Origin: Terrimicrobiaceae bacterium | Lineage (GTDB): Bacteria; Verrucomicrobiota; Verrucomicrobiia; Chthoniobacterales; Terrimicrobiaceae | Length of the DNA: 64,000 nt | Direction of reading: 5' to 3' | Assembly: GCA_044342325.1 (NCBI GenBank) | Contig: JBIIPZ010000007.1 | Location: 29,738-93,737, forward strand | In this document: piece after piece, positions 31,753-41,445 of the stretch | Numbering within the stretch: the stretch's first letter is position 1 | Layout: each line of letters starts with the position of its first letter | The notes under the pieces: model-generated | Database searches by the model: none | The model's input: only the letters and a program-made list of their open reading frames with translations | What the model was told of the DNA's origin: nothing | Position numbers and translations under genes: made by a program

Positions 31753-33213
31753 ATGATTCCGAAAACCGCGATGGATTTCCCAGAGGCCGGCTGGCGCTTC
31801 GACAATACCTATGCTCGACTGCATCAGCAGTTTTACACTCGGACAACCCCCACGGCGGTCCGATTGCCTGCGATGGCGCTTTTCAATCGTTCGTTGGCCG
31901 AGGCCATGGGACTGAGGTCGGATATTTTGGAATCGGAGGAATGCATTGCAGTTTTTGCTGGAAACGCCATTCCGCAAGGCGCAGAGCCGATCGCTCAAGC
32001 TTATGCGGGCCATCAGTTCGGGCACTTCAACATGCTGGGCGATGGACGTGCAATTCTACTGGGAGAGCATCTGGGGCCTGATGGATCGCGATGGGACATT
32101 CAACTCAAAGGCCCTGGGCGCACGGCCTACTCGCGCCGGGGCGATGGTCGCGCGGCGCTGGGGCCCATGTTGAGGGAATATATTATCAGCGAGGCCATGC
32201 ATGCGTTGGGAATTCCCACCACGAGGAGTCTGGCGGTCGTAACCATCGGTGAGCCTGTTTTTCGCGAGGAGGAGTTGCCGGGCGCAGTCCTGACGCGCAC
32301 CGCAGCCAGCCACATTCGCGTTGGCACTTTTCAGTATGCCGCCATGCAGCAAAATCCAGAGGCCCTGAGAGCGCTTGCGGACTACACAATCCAACGCCAC
32401 TACCCTGAAATGGCAGAGGCTCCGAATCCCTGCATTTCTCTTTTGGAAGCCGTGATCGAGCGACAATCCTTGCTTATCGCGAAGTGGTTGCTGGTCGGTT
32501 TCATCCATGGGGTCATGAATACTGACAATATGGCGCTCTCAGGCGAAACGATCGATTACGGTCCCTGTGCTTTCATGGACATCTATGATCCGGCGACGGT
32601 CTTCAGCTCGATCGATCGCAGCGGGCGCTATGCCTATTCAAACCAACCGAGCATTGCGCATTGGAACTTGGCGCGATTGGCTGAGACATTGCTGCCGCTT
32701 TTTGATTCGGATGAAAACAAAGCGGTCGAATTGGCCAAGGTGTCGCTCGAGAAATTTCCAGACCGCTTTCAGCATCACTGGATTTCCGGGATGCGGGCAA
32801 AGCTTGGTTTGTTCAACGAGGAGGCGGGCGATGTCGCGCTTGTCGAGTCGCTGCTGCAAGGGATGCTCCGCAGCCGAAGCGACTACACAAACACGCTAAG
32901 GGCGCTGGATCCTGAAAAGGTATGCGGCGTTGAGGCTGCCTGGCACGCGGAGTGGAACGCCCGCCTGACCCGCCAGTCTCATACTTTGGAGGAGGCGAGG
33001 TCACTCATGCGTCGCAATAGTCCGGTCGTGATTCCTCGAAACCATCAAGTCGAAGAGGCTCTCGAGGCGGCTACTTCAATTAGGGACTATCAGCCTCTGC
33101 ACCGCTTGCTGGAAGCGCTGGCGAATCCTTACGAGGAGGGCTTGGAGAAGGATGGCTACCGAGAGCCCTCACCGGATGGCTCGCTTGGCTATCAGACTTT
33201 TTGCGGGACCTGA
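31753..33213 (+). CDS. selO: Protein adenylyltransferase SelO/YdiU
   Basis: YAGHQFG..LGDGRA, QLKG.G.T.YSR.GDGRA, GFIHGVMNTDN, IDYGP, C-terminal TFCGT. Confidence 0.94.
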   Translation: MIPKTAMDFPEAGWRFDNTYARLHQQFYTRTTPTAVRLPAMALFNRSLAEAMGLRSDILESEECIAVFAGNAIPQGAEPIAQAYAGHQFGHFNMLGDGRAILLGEHLGPDGSRWDIQLKGPGRTAYSRRGDGRAALGPMLREYIISEAMHALGIPTTRSLAVVTIGEPVFREEELPGAVLTRTAASHIRVGTFQYAAMQQNPEALRALADYTIQRHYPEMAEAPNPCISLLEAVIERQSLLIAKWLLVGFIHGVMNTDNMALSGETIDYGPCAFMDIYDPATVFSSIDRSGRYAYSNQPSIAHWNLARLAETLLPLFDSDENKAVELAKVSLEKFPDRFQHHWISGMRAKLGLFNEEAGDVALVESLLQGMLRSRSDYTNTLRALDPEKVCGVEAAWHAEWNARLTRQSHTLEEARSLMRRNSPVVIPRNHQVEEALEAATSIRDYQPLHRLLEALANPYEEGLEKDGYREPSPDGSLGYQTFCGT

Positions 33214-33219
33214 CCGAGC

Positions 33220-34371
33220 CTATTCATCGCCAGCCGAGAGAGTCCGACGGACGAGGAGATCAATGATGTGTCGGTCGAAATCGGCGGCAATGTTTTGACC
33301 GGTGCTGGCAAAGAGCGGGACAAGGCCATCATCAAGGACGAACTCCCAGAGTTTTCCGCAGCGGGGAATTTCATCGACATGAGTGAAGACCACATGCGTC
33401 GCTCCAAGCGATCCTGCACGCGTGTAGGCCTCTTGGATCAATTGGCGTTCGTATGCGGCATTGACGACCAACACGCGGGATTCGATACCCAGCTCGTCGA
33501 AGGTCTTTTGCAGGTGGCGGACATTTTTTCCGGTGAGAACCATTCCGGGAATGTCGAAGTAGAGATTCGTATCCTCATCGAGTTTTTTGAGTTCTCCACG
33601 GGTGCGGAGGAGTTGCACCCCCAAGGCCTCGCAGAACATGGCCAGACCTTCGCTGGAATTCGGTTCATCGGCTTCGAGCTTCATCACGCAAGCTTGACGA
33701 CCGCGCAGGAAGATATCCGAGGCTAGTTGCTTGCAGAGAGCGGTGGTCGATCCAGATCCCGGGGAGCCAAAAAATGCGACGCGGTTTGACAGGGCGAGGC
33801 TGCGGCTTGGTGCGCGGTCCCGCATGAGCATCGCAAAGTGGGAAATGGCGGTCTGCAGGGGTTGCTCGTTCAGTTGCCGTGATTCGGGACGCTCGCCGAA
33901 TTGTGCGAGAAACTCGCCCGGTATTCCGGCTTTCGAGAGAATCGTCCAAAGGCGACCGGTGGGGAGGTTTTTAAACATCGCCCGAACGAGGGACTCCGGA
34001 ACGAAGTCGGCATCGTCGCGTTTAGGTTCCTGAGGGCTCCGGGCCTTGCGGGCTCGCGTCGGCTTGCGTCGTTGCGATGGCTCCTGTGCCAGGTAGTCCT
34101 CATCCGCCTCGGCTTGTGTTTGCAGTTGCTCTGTGGGGTCAGGAGCGGGCGAGGGGAGGGATTGGGATTCCTCGTTAGGGATCTGAGCGATGATCTCCAG
34201 CTTGGGAGATTTTAAGAACCTGGCCAAGCCTTCACCCTCGACCTGACGCACGGAGATGACCTGTGCTGTTTCGCCGAGTTTCTCCCGGATGATTGAAGCA
34301 GCTTCCTCCGCCGATTTGACGATGAACTTGTATTTCTGCCCGGGTGTGATTGAGACGTTTTGTTGAGCCAT
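33220..34371 (-). CDS. flhF: FlhF-like SRP-family protein with degenerate GTPase motifs
   Basis: N-terminal IREKLG..A.VISVRQV...KLEIIA typical of FlhF; G domain GSPGSGSTT, DIPG, FTHVDE, TGQNI. Confidence 0.72.
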   Translation of the reverse strand: MAQQNVSITPGQKYKFIVKSAEEAASIIREKLGETAQVISVRQVEGEGLARFLKSPKLEIIAQIPNEESQSLPSPAPDPTEQLQTQAEADEDYLAQEPSQRRKPTRARKARSPQEPKRDDADFVPESLVRAMFKNLPTGRLWTILSKAGIPGEFLAQFGERPESRQLNEQPLQTAISHFAMLMRDRAPSRSLALSNRVAFFGSPGSGSTTALCKQLASDIFLRGRQACVMKLEADEPNSSEGLAMFCEALGVQLLRTRGELKKLDEDTNLYFDIPGMVLTGKNVRHLQKTFDELGIESRVLVVNAAYERQLIQEAYTRAGSLGATHVVFTHVDEIPRCGKLWEFVLDDGLVPLFASTGQNIAADFDRHIIDLLVRRTLSAGDE

Positions 34372-34383
34372 GGGCGGGGTGTT

Positions 34384-34412
34384 AGACTAGGTCGGGAAAA
34401 AAATGCCCGCAA
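34384..34412 (-). promoter_or_regulatory. Putative sigma70 promoter for flhF-like gene
   Basis: TTGCGG-17 nt-TAGTCT, then 12 nt to ATG. Confidence 0.55.
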
Positions 34413-34464
34413 GCCTTGGCTGCCGGGAGAAGGTTGTTTGCAAGTCGGTTGGATCTGCTTTTTG

Positions 34465-34887
34465 TCACCAGACCACCCAGGATCCCTCAGCCTGCGTGGC
34501 TGCAGGGCGTGCGGGTTTATGGGCTTTGTAGGCGGTTGCTAACCGTGCCGGAGTGGGCTGCGGAGTTTCGATCCTTGGGGTGGTGCGCACAGAATTTTTC
34601 AGGAGGAGTTGCTCGCTCTCGCGGCTGAGAAGGAGAAGTTTGAGGACTTTGGCGAGGACGCGCTTGCGAACCTCTGAGGAAGCGGCGTGATCGGCACTTT
34701 TTACCGGGCCGGCGGCGCGTAAAAAGCCGAGTGCGTCCTCCAATTTGGCCAGAATTTGGCGTTTGCGATCCACGATAAGCTGTTGATCGTTGCCGTTTGC
34801 GCGCAGATGAGAATTCTCCTCATTCATATAGAGATCCAGTTCATCGCAGAGGGCGCTGTATTGCTCAAGGGCGGCCAGGGTATTCAT
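34465..34887 (-). CDS. Helical protein, possible FlgN-like flagellar chaperone
   Basis: 140 aa helical pattern (EEN..LR...RK..IL..LE...E.EQLLL), next to the flhF-like gene, sigma54 site upstream. Confidence 0.5.
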   Translation of the reverse strand: MNTLAALEQYSALCDELDLYMNEENSHLRANGNDQQLIVDRKRQILAKLEDALGFLRAAGPVKSADHAASSEVRKRVLAKVLKLLLLSRESEQLLLKNSVRTTPRIETPQPTPARLATAYKAHKPARPAATQAEGSWVVW

Positions 34888-34901
34888 CGTGATAGTTTCG
34901 C

Positions 34902-34918
34902 AGCAAATGGCGTGCCAA
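34902..34918 (-). promoter_or_regulatory. sigma54 (-24/-12) promoter
   Basis: Minus strand TTGGCACG-CCAT-TTGCT matches the TGGCACG-N4-TTGCW consensus; intergenic, 14 nt before ATG 34887. Confidence 0.8.
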
Positions 34919-34942
34919 TCGCAGGGACGTCTGACGTGTTTT

Positions 34943-35539
34943 TCAGGGAGTTTCGCTGCGTTCCACCCAAGCTTCGATTTTTGGGCTTATGGAGTCGAAA
35001 CCTTCAGCCACCACGCCGACTGGACCTTTGGAACCTGCGGGCGCAAAAAAGCGACCATTGGGAGGCGGGGGGAATGGCGACTTCGGATCCGGGTGCGCGA
35101 AGGATTGCTTCCCGACGATGATCGCAGCAATTCGGTTGGAGTTCTTGTCCCGCAGCTCCACCAGTGTGCCGGTTCCTTGGGAAACGCCATCGGGTTCTAG
35201 GAGTTCAAAACTCGAGAATTGGGAGGGGCCAGCTGCAATCTCTTCGCTGGGCTTCAGGTTTTTCAGGCGCTGAACGAGTAGCCCCACGGCCACTAAATTG
35301 GCCTTTTGTGGCGTTTCACCCTGGATAGTCCAAATTTCGGCATCTTTTTTAATTAAAAGAGACTCCGTATTTGTTTTGACGAGCACTTCGGAAATCTCAT
35401 TCAAATCGAAGTCCGGCATCCATCGCCTCTTGATGGCTTCGACAGCAGCTAGGATTTCTTTTCGCTCCTCTAGTTTGAGCCAAACTCCTGTGCCAACAAG
35501 TGTGGCTGAAAGAAGCAAGAGGAAGATTTTCAGCTTCAT
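34943..35539 (-). CDS. DUF4340-like membrane-anchored protein
   Basis: N-terminal TM; W.I...KAN...V..L...L..LK...G.LVEL.D...A.IIVGK. Confidence 0.55.
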   Translation of the reverse strand: MKLKIFLLLLSATLVGTGVWLKLEERKEILAAVEAIKRRWMPDFDLNEISEVLVKTNTESLLIKKDAEIWTIQGETPQKANLVAVGLLVQRLKNLKPSEEIAAGPSQFSSFELLEPDGVSQGTGTLVELRDKNSNRIAAIIVGKQSFAHPDPKSPFPPPPNGRFFAPAGSKGPVGVVAEGFDSISPKIEAWVERSETP

Positions 35540-35584
35540 GCGCTGGGCACGGCAGGAATGATAACCTGCGATACTATCCGTGTC

Positions 35585-37516
35585 TTATTTTTCAGTGAGC
35601 TTAATGTCATCGAATTGCGCGATTCCAGAGCCTGGAGTCAGTTGAAAAACAAAACGAAGAAATGCTGGCTGGGTTTCGGAGATATCGGCAAGGTCTTTGT
35701 TGTCAAATTTGACTGTGAATTCTTTTTTGACATCTACCCAGTTGGAGCCTCCTGAGTAAGTGGCGCTTTCCACTTTGTTTTCGCGGGCTTCCCGGATGTC
35801 ACGCTTCACGTCACCGCGTTCGCCCTTGGAGATGATCTCCCCTGTGCCGAGCTTCTTTAATCCGCTGTAAAGCAGATTAGCGCGGCCATTGTTGATTTGT
35901 GCTCCTTTGACTTTGAAAGACAGAATGTAGGTCTTACCAACTTTGAGAGGATTTGTGAGTGGCTGTGAGAATGTGAAAATATTCGGAATTTTGATGACTT
36001 TGGAATCATCCTCCTCAGGCTTGGCAAGAGTCGGTTGGGGCATGCCCTTGTAATCAAGCTTAAGGTAGCCGGCTTCCAGGTAGGATGCTCCTTCTGGCGG
36101 TTGCTGTGAGGATGAGCCAGAAGCGGCCGCTGGGTCGCTTTTAACCACTGTGATGTAGCCGCCGTAGTTACCGCGACCATATCCAAAATCAATATCCCAT
36201 CCGGAAGGAACGAGCATGGGCTTTTCGCTATCCTCAACTTTAACATCAACCGGAGCCTTGAACTTTGGCTGCGTGGCGCTGCCTTGATTGATCGCTATCG
36301 CAACTCTTCCGCTGCGTTTTCCAAAAACGAGGTCAAATAATCCATCGCCGTTGTAGTCTGCCGAGTCGATCGTGCTTCCACCGCCTGCATTGAGAAGGTT
36401 GGTCGCCTTGATGGCATCCATCGGATCCAGGGATGTCCCAGGTTCCGGGGCAGGTGTGTTTGGAGGAAGGGCGGGATTTGCTCCATCTATCGTGATGAAT
36501 GAGTTGAAAGGAATGGGTTCACCTGGCTTGAAGGGGCCGCCTTTTCCAAGGTAGACGGCAACCCTGCCGCCTCGCTCGGCGACGAGCAGGTCGTTGTTTC
36601 CATCGCCATTGTAATCCACGACGCACGGTGAGAGTTGTTCGAGTCCCATTCCATAGGCGAGCACCGAGCGGTCGTCCGGTTCTAATGAGGGACGGCCAAT
36701 GCCCTTGCCCGGGAAAATGTGAATACTATTTGCGGAGTAGGATCCCTCGCCGATGAGGAGGTCCATTTTGTTGTCCTTGTCCCAGTCCACCGCATAGGGG
36801 GCGAAAACATTTCCCCACCGATCAAACCCCTTTTGCAGGACCACTGATTCGTAGGTGGTCGGATTGCGGAAGTCCGGGCGGTTTGCGCCTCCGCTGTTTG
36901 GGATGAGGAGCACATCCCCTCCATAGTTTCCGATGAGCAGGTCGAGTTTTCCACTGCGGGAGATGTCGGCCAAGTTGATTCGCTGCACTCGGCGCATCGA
37001 ATAAAGCTGATCCGGGGTCAAGACAGGTGGTTGGGGCACTCCTGGTTTAACCGCTGCTGGACGAGGGGTCGGCTTAGGAGTCGGAGTTGGCTTGCCTTTT
37101 TCCTTGGGCTCCTCGGTTTCGATCGCCGAAAGCCTCAGCGGGGCGGGGTTCAGAAAGAGGGAGGAAAACTCCGCCGGACCGAATTTCGGCTCCTGCTTGG
37201 TTCCGGTATTGAAGTGAACTCTGAGAAATCCCTGACCATCCATGATGGCAATATCGTTCAAACCATCCTTGTTGAGGTCGCCGGCGCTCACTGAGACAGG
37301 CATGGTTTGTTTCCCGATTTTTCCGTCCGCTCCCAGCACATTGGCTTCTTCTGTGGGTGCGTTAATGATGCCGGAGCCGCTGATTCCCGCCCAGACATTT
37401 GCCGTGCGCATGGAGCGCTCGAAGCCTGGGTTTTGGATCAGGTTGGTTTGTGCGAAGACGAACGCAGGTGTTGATACAAACGCAATGAGGGAAGCCAAAG
37501 AGATCAGAGGGCGCAT
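35585..37516 (-). CDS. Secreted FG-GAP/VCBS repeat protein with CBM-like segments
   Basis: Signal peptide; five Dx[ND]xDGxxDL-type repeats (DLNKDGLND, DISRSGKLD, DWDKDNKMD, DYNGDGNND, DYNGDGLFD); NLIQNPGFE start and FDDIKL end. Confidence 0.8.
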   Translation of the reverse strand: MRPLISLASLIAFVSTPAFVFAQTNLIQNPGFERSMRTANVWAGISGSGIINAPTEEANVLGADGKIGKQTMPVSVSAGDLNKDGLNDIAIMDGQGFLRVHFNTGTKQEPKFGPAEFSSLFLNPAPLRLSAIETEEPKEKGKPTPTPKPTPRPAAVKPGVPQPPVLTPDQLYSMRRVQRINLADISRSGKLDLLIGNYGGDVLLIPNSGGANRPDFRNPTTYESVVLQKGFDRWGNVFAPYAVDWDKDNKMDLLIGEGSYSANSIHIFPGKGIGRPSLEPDDRSVLAYGMGLEQLSPCVVDYNGDGNNDLLVAERGGRVAVYLGKGGPFKPGEPIPFNSFITIDGANPALPPNTPAPEPGTSLDPMDAIKATNLLNAGGGSTIDSADYNGDGLFDLVFGKRSGRVAIAINQGSATQPKFKAPVDVKVEDSEKPMLVPSGWDIDFGYGRGNYGGYITVVKSDPAAASGSSSQQPPEGASYLEAGYLKLDYKGMPQPTLAKPEEDDSKVIKIPNIFTFSQPLTNPLKVGKTYILSFKVKGAQINNGRANLLYSGLKKLGTGEIISKGERGDVKRDIREARENKVESATYSGGSNWVDVKKEFTVKFDNKDLADISETQPAFLRFVFQLTPGSGIAQFDDIKLTEK

Positions 37517-37607
37517 TGGGCTTCTATCTATCACTCAAATGGCAAAAGTAAAGCCGACCTGATGGATCGGATGAGATTTTTTCCAATGCGAAATGAATCA
37601 ATAGGGA

Positions 37608-39104
37608 TCAACGAATGCCGAGGAGAGCGATGGCATTTAAGGCGCTTGCGAAAAGGACCGCGCCCAGGAAAATACAGATCGGCAGCGTCAGAACCCAGGC
37701 GAGAAGAATGTTTCGCACGGTGGCCATTTGGAGGCCGGAGTTATTGGCGGCCATCGTGCCGGCGATTCCCGAGGAAAGCACATGCGTGGTGCTGATGGGC
37801 AAGCCGAAGTGGTCAGCGACCATGATAGTGCTCATGGCCACGGCTTCGGCGGATGCGCCTTGCGCGTAGGTGAGGTGGTCCTTGCCGATTTTTTCACCCA
37901 CTGTTTTTACGATGCGTTTGTAGCCGATCATGGTGCCAAGGCCCAAGGCGAGGGCTACTGCATATTTCACCCAGTCGGGAATGTAATTTGTGAGCTGGTC
38001 GGCATGACGCGCCATGTCTTGCTGGCTTTTCTTGATCTCGGGATCCATGCCCAGTTTGCCGGCTTTGTCGAGTTTGCCGATGGATTTTGAAATGAGGTAG
38101 AGATCGGTGCGGACATCGCCGCGTTCGCTTGGCGGCAGGGCTTGGAAGGTTTCGGCGGTTTTCAGGCGATTTGAAATGTCCTCGCATGCGCCAGCGAGGG
38201 CGGCGAGGACATCAGGAGTCGGTGTGCCTTTCGGTTTGATGAAATCGGCGAGGATCTGATTGCCTTGCTCACCAGAGATTTTTTTTCCTGCCTCGCTCTC
38301 GAAGATGGTGGAAATCGAAGCGGCCTCTGCGGCGATTCCAGCGACAGCGGAGTGATCAGCGGACATTTTTAAGGCATAGGTTCCGGGGAGGATGCCGACG
38401 AGAATCAGGACAATGAGGCCCATTCCTTTTTGTCCATCGTTCGAGCCATGGGCGAAGCTCACTCCAGTGCAGGTGAGCATCAGGATGCCGCGAATCCAAA
38501 GTGGCGGGGCCTTTTTCCCTTCCGGAGCCTTGTAGAGGTCGGGGTTCCGAACGAGAACCTTCAGGGTAATCAGGAGCAAGGCGGCTGCCGCAAATCCGAT
38601 GAGGGGCGAAATGATAAGCCCGAGGCCGACATCCACGGCCTTGGCCCAGTTGACGCCTTCGGTAATCGAGTGGCTTGGGCCGATGAGGGCATTAGCGACG
38701 CCGACTCCGATGATCGATCCGATGAGCGTGTGCGAGCTCGAGGCAGGCAGGCCAAGCCACCATGTGCCGAGATTCCAGACGATGGCGGAGACAAGTAGCG
38801 AAAACACCATCGCAAATCCGGCTGCCGAACTGACATTGAGCACGAGCTCCACAGGAAGGAGGGCGACGATTCCAAAGGCGACAGCCCCGGAGGATGTCAG
38901 CACGCCGATGAGATTCCAGATGCCGGACCAGATCACAGCCGGCGTGGGCTTGAGTGTGTGGGTGTAGATGACTGTCGCGACGGCGTTGGCCGTATCGTGG
39001 AAGCCATTGACGAACTCGAAGCCGAGCGCCATGCCGATGGCAAGCGCTAGGAAAAAGTAGGTTAGAAATGTCGGATCGGTGTAGGCGATTGCTAAAATAT
39101 CCAT
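37608..39104 (-). CDS. pitA: PiT-family inorganic phosphate transporter
   Basis: FVNGFHDTANAVAT, GLPASSSH, FAHGSNDGQK, GLPISTTHVLSS. Confidence 0.93.
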   Translation of the reverse strand: MDILAIAYTDPTFLTYFFLALAIGMALGFEFVNGFHDTANAVATVIYTHTLKPTPAVIWSGIWNLIGVLTSSGAVAFGIVALLPVELVLNVSSAAGFAMVFSLLVSAIVWNLGTWWLGLPASSSHTLIGSIIGVGVANALIGPSHSITEGVNWAKAVDVGLGLIISPLIGFAAAALLLITLKVLVRNPDLYKAPEGKKAPPLWIRGILMLTCTGVSFAHGSNDGQKGMGLIVLILVGILPGTYALKMSADHSAVAGIAAEAASISTIFESEAGKKISGEQGNQILADFIKPKGTPTPDVLAALAGACEDISNRLKTAETFQALPPSERGDVRTDLYLISKSIGKLDKAGKLGMDPEIKKSQQDMARHADQLTNYIPDWVKYAVALALGLGTMIGYKRIVKTVGEKIGKDHLTYAQGASAEAVAMSTIMVADHFGLPISTTHVLSSGIAGTMAANNSGLQMATVRNILLAWVLTLPICIFLGAVLFASALNAIALLGIR

Positions 39105-39189
39105 GGCTAGCGGAGTTTTTATGCTGACCTCGACAGCGGTAGCCAATCTTTCAGCGTGACAATTTTGTCATGAAGCGCTGCTTGGAATT

Positions 39190-40899
39190 TTACATTCGCT
39201 CAGGGCAGCCGATGCCGAGGAGACCGAGACCGTGAGCGAGTGTGCGCGCTGTGATGTCGCTGAGCAGAAGCCTGCTGGCGCGGTTGGCGGCGTCCGCCTT
39301 GATGACCGGGCAGGCTTCGTAGAACGAGTGGTAGGTATTGGCCAACTCGTAGAGGTAATTGGCGAGAATGTTTGGGCGGAACTCCTCCAACACGATAGGG
39401 ACTGTCTCGGCGTATTGAAGCAACTTGAGCCCCAGGGCGCGCTCCGCAGGCTCTTTCAGGAAAATAGGCGCTGCGGGATTGGCAGGTTCCTCTGCCCGTC
39501 GGAAGATCGAGCGAATGCGGACATATGCGTTTTGCAGGTAGGGTGCGGTGTTTCCTTCGAAGGCGAGGAGCTTGTCCCAAGAGAAGACATAGTCCGTGAG
39601 CCGGTTTTGGGAGAGTTCGGCGTATTTCACCGCGCCGAGTCCGATGAGTCTGGCGGTGGACTCCGCTTCGTCCGGTGGCAACTGGTCGGCGCGAGCCGCG
39701 ATGATGCGGCGGGCGCGCTCGATGGCTTCATGCAGAACCTCAGCGAGACCGACATTTTCGCCAGACCGGGTCTTCATGATCTTGCGGTCCTCCCCGAGGA
39801 TGCTTCCGAAGCCGATATGCTTCAGATCGCACTCGATGCCCATCATTTTTGCAGCGGCGAAGATTTGTTGGAAATGCAGGGCCTGGGGAACGCCAACGAC
39901 ATACCAGATGGCGTCTGGATTCCAGTGTTTGATGCGATACTCGATGGTCGCGAGGTCCGTTGTCGCGTAGAGAAAACCGCCGTCGCTTTTGCGGATGATG
40001 GCGGGCTTGCCATCGAGCGCGGGAGTGTCGGGAAAGAAAATGCAGAGTGCGCCCTCGCTGGTCGTTGCTATGCCGCGCTTCTCGAGTTCCGTGCAGAGCG
40101 GGGCGAGGGCGTCATTATAGGCGCTTTCCCCCAAGCGCTCGTCGAAGCGGATGTCGAGCAGGTCGTAGAGTTTTTCGAATTCGCGCCAGGAGAGTTCGAC
40201 CGTCTGCTTCCAGATAGCGAGGTTCTCGGCATCACCGGCTTGGAGTTTGACGAGTTCCTCGCGGGCGGTGCGCTTGATCGACTCGTCTGTTTCTTCCAGA
40301 CGGGTGACCTCGCGGTAGAGGCGCACCAGCTCAGCGATGGCGTCTTTTTCGAGATCCTCTCGGTTGAGGAAATGCTTCCAGCCGTAGATGACCTTGCCAA
40401 ATTGCGTGCCCCAGTCGCCGATGTGGTTGTCGGCTGTCAGATCATGCCCCAGGAATCTTGCGACGCGCACCAGGCAATCGCCCAGAATGGTGCTCCGAAT
40501 GTGGCCGACATGCATCGGTTTCGCGACATTGGGCGAGCTGAAATCAACGAGGATTTTCTTCGGACTGGCGGCGATTCCGACACCTAGTCTCGGGTCTGCC
40601 GCCAGACGGGAGAGCGCTTCGGAAAGAAAGGCATTCTCCAGTCGAAAATTGATAAAACCAGCGCCGGCAATCTCTGGCGTGGCCGCGAGTCCGCTGACAT
40701 CAAGTTTCGATAAAATCTCGGTCGCAAGCTGGCGGGGATTCGCTTTTTTTTCCTTCGCGAGAACCATGGCGGCATTCGCCTGGTAGTCGCCGAACCGTGT
40801 ATCGGCGGCCTGTGAGACATCAGCGCGGGCGGAGTCGAGGTCGCAGGCGATCAGCGCATCGCGCAGACGCGAGGCGAGGAGTTCACGCAGGGTTGGCAT
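39190..40899 (-). CDS. argS: Arginine-tRNA ligase
   Basis: FGDYQAN, AGAGFIN, DFSSPNVAKPMHVGHIRST, NHIGDWGTQFG, KTRSG, GNTAPYLQ. Confidence 0.97.
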   Translation of the reverse strand: MPTLRELLASRLRDALIACDLDSARADVSQAADTRFGDYQANAAMVLAKEKKANPRQLATEILSKLDVSGLAATPEIAGAGFINFRLENAFLSEALSRLAADPRLGVGIAASPKKILVDFSSPNVAKPMHVGHIRSTILGDCLVRVARFLGHDLTADNHIGDWGTQFGKVIYGWKHFLNREDLEKDAIAELVRLYREVTRLEETDESIKRTAREELVKLQAGDAENLAIWKQTVELSWREFEKLYDLLDIRFDERLGESAYNDALAPLCTELEKRGIATTSEGALCIFFPDTPALDGKPAIIRKSDGGFLYATTDLATIEYRIKHWNPDAIWYVVGVPQALHFQQIFAAAKMMGIECDLKHIGFGSILGEDRKIMKTRSGENVGLAEVLHEAIERARRIIAARADQLPPDEAESTARLIGLGAVKYAELSQNRLTDYVFSWDKLLAFEGNTAPYLQNAYVRIRSIFRRAEEPANPAAPIFLKEPAERALGLKLLQYAETVPIVLEEFRPNILANYLYELANTYHSFYEACPVIKADAANRASRLLLSDITARTLAHGLGLLGIGCPERM

Positions 40900-41366
40900 C
40901 AGGCCCGGGTCGAGCGGTTTTCAAAAACCTGCAGAATGGCGGCAGGCGAGGGGGCCTTGGACAATTCCTCGCGGACTGTTTTGTCGTTCAAAAATTTCGC
41001 GATCGCAGCCAGTGTGCGCAGGTGAGTTTGGAATTGATCCTTTGGCACCACGAAGAGGACGATGAAATTCACAGGCTCCCCGTCAAGGGACTCAAAGGGA
41101 ATGCCTGAAGTGGAGCGACCGAAAGCGGCCACGACTTCGGCCACTTTTGAGGACGAGGCGTGGGGAATCGCAATTCCGAAGCCGATGCCTGTGCTCATGG
41201 TTTCTTCGCGTTGACGGATGCTTTCCAGCACATCTTCGCGATCTGCCTTGTCGATTTTTCCAGCCTCCACAAGGCGGTCGACCAGTTCCCTGATAGCGTC
41301 CCAGCGTTCTTTGGATGCCATCTCTGGGATAATCTGCGACTCGGATAACAAGTTTGCCAAGGTCAT
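40899..41366 (-). CDS. PTS IIA (fructose/nitrogen-type) protein
   Basis: REETMSTGIGFGIAIPH, F.SLDGEPV, HLRTLA. Confidence 0.9.
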   Translation of the reverse strand: MTLANLLSESQIIPEMASKERWDAIRELVDRLVEAGKIDKADREDVLESIRQREETMSTGIGFGIAIPHASSSKVAEVVAAFGRSTSGIPFESLDGEPVNFIVLFVVPKDQFQTHLRTLAAIAKFLNDKTVREELSKAPSPAAILQVFENRSTRA

Positions 41367-41445
41367 TTTTTAAAAAAAGGAAACGTGAATTTCTATCGTT
41401 TGAATGCCGCCATCGCGGGCATGTGGTCTCGCTCGGCCAGAGAGC

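Noticed and set aside
30765..32081. 438-aa ORF on + strand
   Set aside because: Antisense to tig and out of frame over selO; no motifs.
33199..33219. Selenocysteine readthrough at the selO TGA
   Set aside because: The C-terminal redox position is already Cys (TFCGT), and a convergent gene ends 6 nt later; an ordinary stop is the simpler reading.
39232..40587. 451-aa ORF on + strand
   Set aside because: Antisense shadow of argS.
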